DNA of 64,000 nucleotides from Eutreptiella sp. 'Long Island Sound 2002' (taxonomy: Eukaryota; Protista; Euglenida): NCBI GenBank assembly GCA_964036045.1, contig OZ038379.1, positions 17,732,001 through 17,796,000 of the forward strand. The letters run 5' to 3'. A program made the translations under genes and the position numbers. Each line of letters opens with the position of its first letter. Position 1 is the stretch's first letter. The notes beneath the pieces are model-generated. The model made no database searches, had not been told where the DNA came from, and saw only the letters and a list, made by a program, of their open reading frames with translations. Below, piece after piece: positions 42,925-56,230 of the stretch.

Positions 42925-45400
42925 CAAGGAAAGGCTTATGCAGGCACCTTGATTGCTCACCACTTTGGCCATCCCGAGAACACAGACATTATGTCGCCAC
43001 ATTGATTGCTTCCCATTTCAACGATCCGTGGAAGGCATAGGTGATGTTGCCACATTGCTCCGAGAGGGAAGGGGTTATGTAGCCATTTTGATTGCTCTCC
43101 TCTTTCGCAGCCCCGGGAATGGCAAGCTGACTTGGCCACCATGATTGCATGCAACTTGGAGGACCCCAAGATGGAATGGTCTACGTAGCCACACTGCTGG
43201 CCCCCGACTTTGGGATGCTTAGAAAGCAACGGTTAGGTAGCCACATTGATTGTGTTTTATTTTGGGTATTGTGAGAAGGCTGGGGTGAAATAGCCACGTC
43301 GATTGCTTCATTCTTTGGTGATACCGATCAAGCAGTCGTTACGTTGCCACATTGATTGCCCACCATGTTCGGTACACCGAGTAGGCAGGGGTGATGTAGC
43401 CGCATTGATTGCCGTCACGTTCGGGCCTACAATGAGGCCATGGTTTTGCAGCCGTCTTGATTCCTCCATCATTCGGCATCTCCACTAGGCAATCTTTCCG
43501 TCGCCACATTGATTGCCCACCCCTTTGGGCGCTCTGCGAAGGCGGGGGGTTATGTAGCCAAATTCATTGCTCACCATGTTGGGGACAATGCGAAGGCAAG
43601 GTTGATTTGGCCACATTGATTGCTCTCAAACTGGGGCCCGCGAGAAGGCCGTGGTTTGGTAGCCGTTTTGATTGCTCTCTTTTTGGGCACCTCGAGAAGG
43701 CATGGGTTATGTACACACATTGATTGTGCTTCCCTTTGGGGATTGTACCAAGGCGGTGGTTTTTTTAGGCACATTGATTGGTCACCACATGGTTGACCTC
43801 GAGAACACATGGTTATGCGGCCACGTTGATTGCTCACCATGTTGGGGCCCGGCAGATTGTAGGGGTGACGTAACCACATTGGTTGCTGTCACATTGCGGC
43901 CGCCGAGAAGGTATTGATTTTGAAGTTGTTTTGATTGCTTGCCTCTTTGGGGGCACCCAGAAAGCATTGGTCATGTAGCCACATTGACCGCTCTCCACCT
44001 TAGGCACACTGCGTAGGCGGCATTTATGTCGCCACATTGATTGCTCACTACGTTGTGGACCCGGAGAAGGCAGGGGTTATGTAGCCACATTGCTCGCTCT
44101 CACATTTGGGCCCCCCGGAAGGCCATGATTTTCTCGTAGTCTCATTTGCTCCTTCTTTGGGGACCTCGAGAAGGCAGTGGTTGTGTAGCCGCATCAATTG
44201 CTCCCAATATCTAGGACTCCCCTGCAGCACGCATTATGTAGCCACTTTGATTTCTCCCCACTTTGTAAACTCTTCGGCCACAGAGGTTATGTGGCCATAT
44301 TAATTTCACCCCACTTCGGCGATTCCGGGAAGGCACAAGTGATGTAGCCACATTGATCGTCCCCACTTTGGTAACCTGGAGAACGTCGTAGTCCCTCCCC
44401 ATTTCAGCTATCCTCGGAGGGCATAGGTGATGTGGCCACATTGCTCCGACAAGGAAGGGGTTATGTAGCCATATTGATTGCTCCCCACTTGGGCCCCGGG
44501 AGCAAGCTGACGTAGCCACCATGATTGCTCCCAACTTGCAGGACACCACAAAGAAAGGGACTACCTAGCCGCATTGCTTGCCCCCTACTTTAAGGATGCT
44601 AAGAAGTCAACGGTTAGTTAGCCACATTGGTTGTATCATGTTTCGGGCACTCCGAGAAGGCCGGGGTTAAAAAGCCACAATAAGTGCTCCACCCTTTGGG
44701 GGTACCGAGCAAGCAGTCGTTACGCGGCCACATTCATTGCTCATCATGTTCGGTACACCGCAAACAGACATGTGATATAGCCACAGTGTATGCTCTCACA
44801 TTCAAGCCCGCACCTAGACCATGGTGTTGTAGCCGTATTGAACCCTACATCATTCGGGACCTCGAGCAGGCAGCGGTTCTTTAGCCACATTTTTTGCTCT
44901 CACATTGGCGCCCGCGAGAAGCCAATGGTTATGTAGCCGAATTGACTGCCCCCGGTTTTGAGGACCAGTAGAAGGCAAGGGTTATGTAGCAACATTGATT
45001 CCTCACCATGTTGGGCACCCCAGAAGGCGGCAGTCATGTGGCCACATTCATTGCGTACTTTGAGTATTGAAAAACAATGCCGTTTGTGACCTGTGTTCAA
45101 AAATTTTAACTTTTATTGCTTTTAGGCCCAGTTTTCATGACACTTGTTGGGGGCATTTCGAGGGGGAGTTTATTTTTTGGGCAGGCGAGCAACTTGGGCC
45201 GTCCAAGTGGAAGGGCGAGCTAACTTCGGCAAATTCATTGCTCCCCCCGCTTGGGACCCCAACAACAAAGAGACTACGTGCTCGTATCCCTCGGGCCCCA
45301 CTTTCTCGATCCTTAGACATCACGTCTTAGGTGGCTTCATTGACTATGTCCCATTTTAGGGACTCTAAGATTGCAAGGCCACGTTTGTTGCTCCCCGCTT
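42925..45400. repeat. 53-bp satellite block (duplicated copy)
   Basis: Same motifs as 27560-38250; part of the 7120-offset duplication. Confidence 0.9.
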
Positions 45401-45734
45401 TGGAGATCTTTAGTTTCCATAGAAACTGAAGTTCAATTCGTTCCCTGGAGCTGCCGTCGATAGTGTGTTTATGCAGCATCTATATGTTCTCTTTCAGCGC
45501 TTAGTCGATTTTCGTAATGGAAACGGAGGGTGCGCCGCATGGATTAGACGCACTGATCAAATTCTCCACAAATCACCAGGAGAAGTGGTCAAAAAATGTA
45601 GGCAAAAAGCAGGTGCTGGACATGGCCCATTTGGAGTGGAAAAGGATCAATCAGAGTCACGGTTGGGTGGCTCGGATCCAGCATGCGGTTCAGCAGGTGG
45701 TGCCTGCGGGGCATGATGTCAGGGAGTTGTGGTA

Positions 45735-47312
45735 TTTGCAGCCATTGTAGGGGGGGGCTTCTTCAAATCGGAGAGCCCAAGTTTTGCCTTGAGTGCAGCG
45801 GACAATGCACTCACGTCAGGGTCTTCATCACCTGCACCCAGGACCCGGGAAAGCAGCTCCATGGTCTCATCGAGACCAAGCTTAGGGGCTGCCATACGTT
45901 GGGGCAAACCTCGCTCCACGCATGAGGGTTCAGGAGCCACCCCCTTTGGGGAGGGTACTGGCTCCAGGCACTCAGGCTCCTTCGGCTCCTTCGAAGGTGT
46001 AGGTTCTCTGGAAATCTAGTCAGGTTCCCAGTCTGACGAATGGGCCGACGCCAACGCATCCAATTTGCCGTACGGTATCTCGAATATCTCGTCGCCCCAA
46101 GTAGCCCCGAACATCGGTCCCAAAGCTGCATCTTTCCCTTTTCCTTTCATCGTTGTGCTTCTCCAGGCTTTGACCTTGGCATTGGCCACTTCGAACCCTA
46201 GAATAGGCGTGGTTTCGGACGGGGGCAATGAGGACACGACGGAAGCTAAGGCGGTTGCCACGGGGTCCTTGTCCTCGAGGCGCGTGAGATTCGCCCGCAT
46301 TAAGCCAGGCACCTTAGCGCCCGGCCGGACTTCTTCTGTATATATTTTTGTATTCTCTTCCGCCCCTCTTGGTTCTGCATGTCCTCCCAGAGGACCAGTA
46401 TCACGGGGTACACCACTTGTAGATGAAGGTCCAGCCTTCACATCATCAGTTTTTGATCTGGTGCTTGTGATCGGTACGGTTTTGGCAGACATCTCCACAG
46501 TTCAGAATACAAGTGTTTCTTAGTGTTCTTCGTGTTTTGCTTTAGTCTTCTAGGGCCCGTCTCTGCTACCAGAAAAGGTTTCTGGTTTGCCCACACTTGT
46601 GCTTGTTCCTTGTATTTGTTTTAGAAAACCTTGCTGATTTTCACCAAGTCAAAATAAGGTCCACACAGAGATAAAGTAGAGCAAGTCCAAGCACCGGATC
46701 GATGAAATCAGGATAAATCCTTCCACAATCAAAACATGTGCAACAAAGAGGGGCCGCACAAAGACAATGCAGGCTCAAATACAATGCTTCAGTCACATAC
46801 GGACAAAACAAATGATTCTGTAGAGAAAACTGACATAAGTCTGGCCACAAAGATAGACCCAAGCACCTCATGTGCATGCAATGGAGTTGGTTAGGAATCT
46901 GGGGCAAGTAGGTTGGGCCAGACACACGATATGGCTTGGCCAGCATGGCCAAGCAACTGAATTCAGAATCCGTTAAAAGGTAGCCCCACAATAAGTAGGT
47001 GAAACAATTGAGTATAGGGGTCCTGAGGTGGGAGACCACTAGGCTTAACCTGCAAGGCCCAAGGCGTGAGGTGCCTATTTTATTTCGGTATAACCTCCAT
47101 GAAGGAAGATACCTCCGCCCACTTAAGTGGTAGGGGTGAATTTCATGGGGGGCTAGGGTTATAACCCTAGTTACTTTGAAAAATGTTCTTAAAACTTCAA
47201 AAAGAGTGATAAAAATGATTAAGTGTTAGCCTACACAACTTCCCAAGGTTTAGGGGGGGCTTCGCCTGGATCACGTACCCCAAGAAAGACATGGTAGTGA
47301 CTTTTTCTTACT
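45735..47312 (-). mobile_element. LTR retrotransposon 5' fragment 1: LTR (46572-47312), PBS, N-terminal gag
   Basis: About 740-bp repeat homologous to 49043-49773. It is followed on the minus strand by TGGTAGCAGAG (46561-46571), then the in-frame ORFs 46016-46498 and 45719-45940 ending ELLSRVL...ALKAKLGLSD, similar to ELLAKLL...AVRAKLGIT in fragment 2. Confidence 0.75.
46561..46571 (-). other. Primer-binding site complementary to the 3' end of initiator tRNA-Met
   Basis: TGGTAGCAGAG is the reverse complement of CTCTGCTACCA, the 3' end of animal-type tRNAiMet. A variant CGGTAGCAGAAG lies at 49031-49042 and an identical copy at 63143-63153. The host tRNA sequence is not known to me. Confidence 0.7.
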
Positions 47313-49773
47313 TTTTGGACCCTCGCGACTCACCACTATTAGGGGTGGGGTTGGCACCTCTCCCCAAGTGCCTCTTGAGGAATTTTTCCATATGGGAGTC
47401 GTTCTCCCTCTCCACAGCCAGCTCAATGAGCAGGTCCACCACGTCATCGTACGTATGAGTACGCCGCTTCCTCTCGGAAGTAGCCCTGCAATCCTCCCAC
47501 GTACGAGGGGGGATTTTACCCACAAGCCACAGGTGAGGTTCAGCCGGTCCCCCACGTTCATCCTGGAGAACAAATACTCCAGGTTGCCCACATAATCAGA
47601 GATACGCGCAGCGGGAGGGAATTCAGGGAGCATAGGAAGCTCTGCAATCTGTGTGCGAACACTGAGATCCGTCTCATAGACGGGGAATGTTTTCTCCAAT
47701 CGTTGGAGAACCTCAGCCCAAGTCAAACAGGTTTTTACAATTTCTTTAACCTGTTTTTGCAGAAATTTCTTTTTACATGAACGCTTCAGAAGCGAACATT
47801 TAGTGGTCACATCCACGTGAGATTGGCCAGTCAGTAGAAGAAATTCAGCAAATTCCTCTGCCCATTCTGGCAGTTTTTTTGGATCGAACTCCGGCAGTTC
47901 TAGCTGGATATTCGCTGGGGCAATAGGTTTCACTCTTCACTCTCCCCACCCCCTGAGGTTGGATCCGAAGGGAGGGGAAACTTGCCAGCGAGTGGTGCCA
48001 AAGCCGTTAGTCCCCTCTTCTCGGCCTCGGTCACTAGGACATCCTGTAGCTCAGCGATGGGAACTGTTCGGGAACGAGGGTGAAAGGGACTTGGGGCAAG
48101 TGACCTTGGGTAGGAGCCTGGAAACCCTTGCTCTCTTGACATCGTCGGCGAGTGAGGTCAGACCTGGAGAAGGTGAGGCCATCGCCGGTTTTGCTAAGGG
48201 TTCAGTGATACCCAACTTGGCTCTTACAGCCTCAGACAGGGCTCCAGATAACAGTTTGGCCAGCAGTTCTGCCGTACAGTTGAGAGCACCATCAGCTGGC
48301 CCTGGGGTACGAGAACCCCTGACTGTGGGGTATGGGTATTCGTAGGCTTGGCACGCTTCTGGTGTTCTCGTTGCTGTGGGAGGTTCTAGTCGCCACGTAG
48401 GCTCTTCGCATAGTGGCACAGTGAACCTCGAGCGTCTAGGCAGGGAGGCTGCGTCCGCCACGTCGGTCGGGGGACCCGAGTAGTAGTACCAGTCCATGTC
48501 AGTCTGGGGAGGAGACCCTATTGCGTCGATGGGCTCTTCGCCATCCTCTCCTCGTAGTGACTGGTGATAGTCCCTGTGTAGCATGTACTGATCCATGCGC
48601 CTCTTCAGGTCATCGTGCTCTTCAACGCTAGTGGACGACGAGGCAGGACATACCGAACGGGTGAGGGAGACTGCAACGCGCCTGCGAAGGTGCTCCAAAC
48701 TGTCACCATGGGCCGCAAAGGCCTCAGTGGTTAATGGTACTCCGGGCGCTCCTAGTGCAGGTCTAGGCGCCACTGTTTCAAGTTCTCTGGGCGCTTCTTT
48801 GTCCGCCCTTCTCTGATGTCGTGGATCTTCTTGAGACCCAAATGCGACCCCAACTCTGAGTCTAGGCTGAGTGAGGTTGAGCCCAGTCGCCAGCTATACA
48901 TTCCTGATGGGATACGTTCTTGGTGACATTGTCACCGATGGGAGGGACATGTTCTTCAGCTGGTTTTCCATTTTGGATTGTGTATTGCTCATTTTTGTTC
49001 AGGGTCGGTTCGAAAGGTACTCAAGGGAAGCTTCTGCTACCGGAAAGAATATCCTCAATTATTGCCCTAAAGGTTTTGATGAAATCCTGCAGGTTTTGTA
49101 GTTGAAAAATAGGACCACAACAGCAAGTAGAGCATGAAAAGGATAAGGATCGAGTCACCGAATAGTTTTGAAATCCAATGTATCACACAAGGGTTGCAGA
49201 TAACAACAAGTGTAGTGTATAGACAGAAGCAAGTCTAAATACAATGCATTCAACAAAATAGATGATTTTAAAAGAGAAAACTGACATAAGTCTGGCCTCA
49301 AAGATAGTCCCAAGCACCTCATGTGCACCTTTTGACATGCAATGCAGTTAGTTAGGCATCTGGGGCAGGTAGGTTGGGCCAGACACACGATATGGCTTGG
49401 CTAGCATGGCCAAGCAACTGAATTCGGAATCAGTTAAAAGGTAGGCCCACAATCAGTAGGTGAAACAATTGAGTATAGGGGTCCTGAAGCCGGAGACCAC
49501 TAGGCTTAACCTGCAAGGCCCAAGGCATGAAATGCCTATTTTATTTCGGTATAACCTCCATGAAGGAAGATACCTCCGCTCACTTGAGTGGTAGGGGTGA
49601 ACTTCATGGGGGGGCTAGGGTTATAACCCTAGTTACCTCGAAAAATGTACTTAGAGCTTCAAAAAGAGTGATAAAAATGATTAAGTGTTAGTCTTCATTA
49701 CTTCCCAAGGATTAGGGGCGGCTTGGCCTGGATCAAGTACCCCAAGAAAGACATGGTAGTGACTTTTTCTTAC
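47313..49773 (-). mobile_element. LTR retrotransposon 5' fragment 2: LTR (49043-49773), PBS, gag pseudogene truncated by fragment 1
   Basis: ORFs 48051-48773, 47271-47933 and 47308-47523 give a gag-like capsid (LPEFDPKKLPEWAEEFAEFLLLTGQ...KCSLLK...WAEVLQRLEKTF) with frameshifts. It is cut at 47313 by LTR 1. No pol in the window. Confidence 0.75.
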
Positions 49774-52700
49774 TACGGGTGCAGCGTCTAATTGCGTCGA
49801 CGAGAGAACACTTCCAAGTAGCTTCCAAGGTGCCCAAGGCGGTGAAGGCTGCCAAGCGACACATTTGGCGTAGTTGCTGGGATTTCTTGGGGCCGAGAAC
49901 CAAAAACAATGAGAGACGCCATAGATGGATACAGAAGTCGACATGGCGGAGACGGCAAGGCATTGCGGCTGAACATGCCTTGTTTCGCATTTATTTCCAT
50001 GAGGCTAACTTCCGCTTAGGGGAGAAATATGGGCAGATCCTGTTGCACCGCATGCCAACCCATGCTGGGAATGCCGGTTGGACCCCACCCCCAAATGTGC
50101 CTCATTTTGGGGCATCTAAATTGTGCACGCACAACAGAGGGCAAGAGCACGCTTCTAGTAACGAGCCTACCATGGGAAAGAGCACAGCAGCAAGCACGTG
50201 TGCATCTCCGTGACCAAACCCAAAAGGGACTCATTACTACTAACGTACAACTTGCCCACTACTCCGCCACTGGTAACCAAAGGGCGTGGACACCGGAGGA
50301 GTTTCATACCATAAGAGTGCTCATGCAAAGGTGCCAAGAACTAGGCAGGAGGCCGAACCAATACTTGTAGCGGTGCCAACGTGAATTGTATGTTTTATGT
50401 TCCAACAATGGTGTACGTCATCACATGGATGCAATTCCCCCACTTTGTCGCTTTTAAATTGCCGTTGTTTGTCATTGTGTGTGTCTTCCTTCCGTTGCGC
50501 CGAAGGCGCGAAAGAAAATTTTTTATGATACGGTTAAGGCTAAGGTTATGCTCCCCCCTTAGTGTTTGACTCACCAAGACCCTTTGCAGAAAAAGCCGAA
50601 GGTGGGCTTTTGCCGAAAAGGGCCGAAGATGGTGGAGGCCGTGCCGTTAGACCATTAAATGTGATAGGGGTCCTAAATGTACTAGTACACTGCCAACCCA
50701 ATGTGCCACTCAAAGTGACACTAATGTAATCAAACCATTTCAACCAGTTCTTCTGTACCTTCAACATGGGACAAATCCTCGAGATGCAAGGAAAAGCGCT
50801 GTTGACCAAGTTAAGTTTGCACAACAGGTACCCTATCACATTTAGGCAATAGGGTGGTATATCACCCTATCCGCGCCTGTGATAGATTGTGCTTGACAAT
50901 TTTTTTTGCTTCCCTTTCTTACGAGCAGGTGTGAATGCTTTTGTCGGCTGCGAAGCATTGGTGGAACACAGCTTGTTGTGCCCATGTTTCCGGCGGCACG
51001 GTCAACACCAATTATTTTTGGGTCCTCTTCCAAAATCCGGGGCTGGTTGCAGCCACAGGTGCTTGGCAAGGCACAGTTGCGGGTTCCCGGACCGGTTATA
51101 CTAAACGCCACAAGTAACAGAGGTTAACCATGTACTCATTCTTCAACCGATCATTCAATGCTCAACACACAGCAAGAAATCAAGGCACTGCACCTCCCAG
51201 CATCAACATGTTGCCTCCACCGCCGTCATTCCTGACCGTCGAGTCCACTGACGCTCACATTAGTGTAATAGCACAGCCTGGAGACAACCGAGCGACGACA
51301 GCGACAGGCAAAAGCACATGCAAACGACAGAACCGCTTTATCATCACAACAGTGAAGTAATATATGTGCACAGATTTCGAAAGCATCCGGACACCAGAAT
51401 AACAAACAACACTGTAGAGGGCAATCTTCAAGCCGCTGTCATCAGTCACCTCACGCAACGGATCAATACCTAGTTTGTCATAGCTCCTCCTGTTGTTCCT
51501 TGCCTTCTTTCCATAGGCGCCCCCGCTCCTTCTACTTCTCTTTCTACTCCCGCGGCTATTGCCGCTCACACCTAGCGACTAGCCTAGTGGAGCGCCAACC
51601 CTCGTGTTGCAGTACGGCGCCACCAGCCACAACCAGCACCCCAGCAAAACGAGGAAGGTGGCCCACAGACCGCACTCAGCCAGCTCTGCCCCACTAGGCG
51701 GCGCCACTGGGAACCGCCGTGTGTCTTGGACCTTTGAAACCACCCAGTGCCCAACGCCCAAGACACTATGAGCTCCTTGCAGGCTGTAGAGGACAATCTT
51801 CAGGCCAATGTCATCAGTCATCCAACGGATGTGTACCTAGTCTGTCTTAGCTCCTCCTGTTGTTCCTTGCCTTCTTTCCACAACCGCTCCCGCTCCTCTT
51901 GTCTCTCCTTCTATCTCGGCGGCTACTGCCGCAACCCAGGGCAAGGCTCACATAGCGCAACCAGCCTGGCCGAGCCGCCAACCTTTGTGTTGCAGTAGGG
52001 CGCCAGCAACACAAGGACGACGGCCCGCAGGCCGCACTCAACCAGCCGAGCCCCACTAGGCGGCACCACTTGGAAACCCCGTACGTCTTGGACCATTGAA
52101 GCCACACGCCGCCCAACGCCCATGACACTACTAGCTCCATGCGGACTGTACGGGACAATCTTCAGGCCAGTGTCATGGGTCACCTCACACAACCAGATCA
52201 ATGAGTGGTCTGCCGTAGCTCCTCTTTTTGTTGCTTCACTTCTTTCCGCAGCCGCTCCCGCTCCTCCTGCTTGTCCTTCTGCTCCCGCGGCTGCTGCCGC
52301 GGTTGAAGGCAAGGCTCACCTAGCGCAACCAGCCTAGCCAAGCCGCCAATCTTCATGGTGCAGTAACGCGCCACCAGCCACAGCAAGTAGCCCAGCAGCA
52401 CAAGGAAGGCGGCCCACGGGCCACACGGCTCTTCAACATAGGAACTCAAGCTGCATGTGGAGCATACCAACCACGTGTGGCAATTTTGAATAGGTTGCAA
52501 ACCTGTTTTGGGCAAGGAAAAAAGCTGGCTGTTTTTGGCCCAATAAGGAGGTGAAGAATTAGAAGTGCACCAACTGGTGCCTATGCCCCACGCCAGCATC
52601 GGGGATTTTTTGGCTCAAAACTTGGATTGGGCAAGGCTACCAGCTCAGCTCTAGTATGGCTAGAGTATAGTGTATACCATGAAGCGCTAGGAAGGAATAG

Positions 52701-54025
52701 TGACCAAAACAGAAAGGTGACGTGGTTGCTTGCTAGTAATATTACCATACCCCTCTCCCCTTAAACCTAGCTAACAACAAGCAACAACAAGCGAGCAACA
52801 AGCAACACTTCTCCGTTCTATTTTGGCCATTACTCCATCCCCACACATCACGCTCTATTGTACTGTAGCCATTTTCTACATTGACACATGGCCTGCCCGG
52901 AACCAAAGGTGGAGCCCAAAACTCACCAGTGGCGGCCCGGGGTGTAGGCACCAAGTAGGGAGGTGCCATCCCAAATCTGCACAATTTAGGGCCCAAATCA
53001 GGCGTTTTTTTTGCCCAAATCAGCCCCAAAGTGCATTCTAAAACAGCCAAAGGCTTGCTTTCCCCGCCAGCGATGCATTCATTGGTGCAACACCACACAC
53101 GTGTACCTCAGCAAGGGACGTGGTACCCGAGCAGTGGCACAGCCAACTGGTGAAGGACTCCGGCAGATTAAAGGAAGGGCGGCAATCATCAAGCACAGCT
53201 GTTGCTGATGTGCACACCTGTTGCTCATGTGCATGGTTCAACGCAATGAATACAATGCCAAATATGGCAGGCCTGCAATCCACAACGGGATGGGCTTGTG
53301 AATCCAATTGAACCATGGACTGATATGCAGAGTTGGTGAGGGAGGTCAGATGCGACTCTCCTTCAGCTGACAGAATGGTTGGGTCCAAGTTGAAGACCTT
53401 GCCCTGGACAATGAACTGCAGCACCTTTGCATCTTCACAGACACATGCGACATCAACTCCCCTGCAAGGACGTAAAAGCTGCCGCTGGAGGGCTCTGCAT
53501 AGCACAGGGAGGCACAAAGCAGGTTTGGCACGCACGCACAACGAATATCCAGCAGCTGCCTAGCAGCCAAGCATAGCGACTTTCCGCATGGTAGGCACAA
53601 CACCGCATGCTAATAGGGAAACAAAACAGGGAACAAATTAATGGATCACATGACACAAGACGCATGACACCACACAGAGTCTGATGGATCCAAATCCTTA
53701 TCTTCTTGGTCATATCTTGTGGTGCAACGTATGCAGTGACATGTGGGGTTGTTCCCATGCTATGTGCATTTTCTCTCTGAAAGACGATGATAGTCCCATG
53801 ATAACCCTAGACAACTACCCCGAAGCCTGGAGCGTAAACCCCTACCAGGTCAACCCCCCCTCTCCCTCCTGCGCCGCCTATGAGAGGCAAAAACTTATTT
53901 GGGGGGACGGTAAATAATAGGCCCGGTTCATGATTTACCCGTTGAGAACACTCCATATGATTATAGATTCGCTGCAAACTGTACCACAGGTCCATAGCAC
54001 AAAAAAAGGAGCCCACCCAATTCTT

Positions 54026-56230
54026 CGAGGAAGGCTTTCCACTTCGCTGGCTGCTACTAGCCATGAGGGCTACGCCCAACCACATTAGGCTCGGGTCCCT
54101 CGACAACACTTTCTCGCCGGTACACGTTTCCGGGGTCGAACCTGGGTGTCACTGCCCCCCGAGTCGCTTGCGCTGCACCCCCCGCCATTATTACTATCTT
54201 CGTTGTCGCTGAGAACGTCGCTGGGGAACAATCCTGTCGGCCATATATTGCGGACTTCCAGTCTTGAAGACTTCTTGGCATACATGTCCTTGCTGATGGG
54301 ATTTGGGGCTCTTGGCTAGTAGCTCTAGGAGTGCCTTCTTCCGGACATTCAGTGTATCCCCGTGCCGTTTGGGTTGATCTCCATCGCCACCATGATTTGA
54401 TGCTTGGCATCGGGGTTCCCGCCTGGTACAGCGTCGCTGCGCAGAGTCTGTGCCATCTGTGCCAGCGGACATTCTGCCACTTTGACCCTGCGAGCAGCTT
54501 CGCCATGACTCTTTCCAACTGTTGTGGCCCACTGAAGATGGTGTCGTGCGGGCTGCGTCCCATTTAGCGGATTGCCCACCAATGTAAAAACCACACCCAG
54601 CGGAGCGCCTAGGGTCCCACTCTTCTAGAGTACGCCCGGTGGTTGACCTTTTCGTCCCAGAACGTGATCGTGCCTCGTATTCCATCAAGTCCTCGGACTT
54701 TGATACCCGCCATTTCCCCGACTTGTAACCCCGCCACCGTAGACGAGACCATTGTTGCCACCACCGCCCATTCGGTTGGGTTTTGGGCTTGGGAAGCTGT
54801 CTGCAGGGCCGCAACCAATCCCCGCAGGACTTTGCTATCGTCCTAGGCGTTCTGCGGTCCCTTGACATATTTCCAGAAAAAACTTTGCACTGCATGCTCT
54901 GCGATGCCCATGGAGACCGCCCAGGTTGCTGCCGAGAGCACCGCTTTGTTGGTGCTAGGGCTTCTCCGCAGTGCCATTTCGTCCGGCTACTGCTCTTCAA
55001 GGATATTCCATTCGGGTACACTAGGAGCTACCGTGTGCCGCCTGTGCAGTTTTTGGAGCCAAAACGCGAACGTCCCTAGGGAGAATGTTTTCCAAGCGAG
55101 GGCCAACAACGTTCTTTTGTCTGGAGGTTCGCCAGATCTGCGATGCTGTAGGATGCCTCCCAGGACCGCTGCTGCCGTCTGGTAGGTTGGCCATGACGTT
55201 GGGAAACCCCACTGATTGTCCTCCTCTTCAGGGCGGGATCTGTCGCTCTCACCTCCCCCGGTGCCCTCCTCAACGTGTAGTGCGGCTTGGGTATCGTATG
55301 GGACCCCACCTGATTCTATCCCAGCGTCAGGACGCCAGGATGGCTCTGGCCCCCTGCGGCACGACGCAGGGGATTTTCTCTCCAAGGCCCGGTCCTCTCC
55401 TGGGTCAGCCCCCGAGACATGCGACCCCAGTCCTCCTTCGCCGCCCGGGATCTCGCCCCGTCAAACCAAGTCGCAGGTCCATACCCAGTGTCCTTTGCCA
55501 CACTTGCACGCCTTCGGGAATGGCGACACCCCCTCCCCCCGCGGGCCCATAGGCCCCAAGTGGACGGGGGTTGCGGGGTCATGCAAAGGCGCGACAGAGA
55601 ACCGTGCAGTCGGCGCACCGAGAGACACAATGCACCCCCGCGTCCGTGGGCGGAGGTAACTGCGCCAGCTTGGCCTGCAGGTCCCGCAGGTCCCCCTCCA
55701 ACTTGGCATTGTCCCTGCACTTTTCCGGCAGATCATTCTGCACATTGTACGCGTCTCCAGCCTTTGTCATGTAGAACTTGTATCCCTCATACTCCACAAA
55801 CCAGAAGTACCACGCTTTGATTTTCTTGCGGTACTTTCTTCTGCCTCTGCCAACATCTGCTCAACGGAAAGGTTGTGCTTTTTTCTCGGTTTGGACCCTT
55901 GCGATTGTGAGCTCCTGCCTCTATTGTCTTGGCATTCCGTGGACGTATGGTGGTATTTGTTCGCGCACGACTCTTTCATGCCCCACATGGTGGCCCAAAC
56001 GTCGTTGCTCCGGAACTGGATGGGCTTCATGCCTTCCGGCGCCTCCAGATCTTGAAAAAGCTGCACGAGGGCGGCTCCCAACTTACCGATCCACTTTGGC
56101 ACACCCTTTTCCAAGAGCACGGTTTCCACCGCCTCTCCGGACAGTTTTGGGCGCACTTTTTCTTTTTCTTGTCCTCCCCGCTTGGATTCCAGCTCTTTTA
56201 TCCATCTGCTCAGTTCTTCAACCACGGAGT
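54026..56230 (-). mobile_element. Decayed tyrosine-recombinase retrotransposon fragment (TATE/VIPER/DIRS-like): gag-like ORF then YR
   Basis: Gag-like ORFs at 55767-56225, 55579-55797 and 55461-55745 include CKCGKGHWVWTC. The YR follows downstream. An overlapping frame (54194-55021) occupies the position expected for the RT ORF but is cut at 54025; no RT motif is visible. Confidence 0.65.
54290..55230 (-). pseudogene. Tyrosine recombinase pseudogene
   Basis: ORFs 54987-55385, 54609-54818 and 54057-54563 share one frame interrupted by 4 stops. Box I is GLQVGE (catalytic R replaced by Q), followed by TITFWDEK. Box II is WHRWHRLCAATLYQAG...IKSWWRWRSTQTARGY with the terminal catalytic Tyr. Confidence 0.8.

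Larger units (their letters stand above)
35805..45731. repeat. Segmental duplication: 35805-38590 repeated at 42925-45731
   Basis: Near-identical sequence and paired ORF calls at offset 7120 (e.g. 36183/43303, 37564/44684). The offset becomes 7141 after an indel near 38250. Confidence 0.95.
38651..54025. repeat. Segmental duplication: 38651-41402 repeated at 51411-54025
   Basis: Shared start actgtagagggc, shared end ggagcccacccaattctt, and paired ORFs (40191/52823, 41051/53684). More diverged than the other duplications. Confidence 0.92.

Noticed and set aside
28520-43229. A true ~7.1-kb higher-order period (28703, 35837, 42957)
   Set aside because: The spacings are similar (7134 and 7120), but the first interval is all satellite and the second holds unrelated blocks. 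Only about 500 bp is shared three times, so this is probably coincidence.
46572-49773. The two direct repeats as 5' and 3' LTRs of one intact element
   Set aside because: Each repeat is followed by its own PBS and gag start, they are visibly diverged, and there is no pol or polypurine tract between them.
49779-51400. ORFs 49779-50213, 50029-50370 and 50546-50839 as a LINE C-terminus or host gene
   Set aside because: They look protein-like but are frameshifted and have no assignable motif; a profile search is needed.
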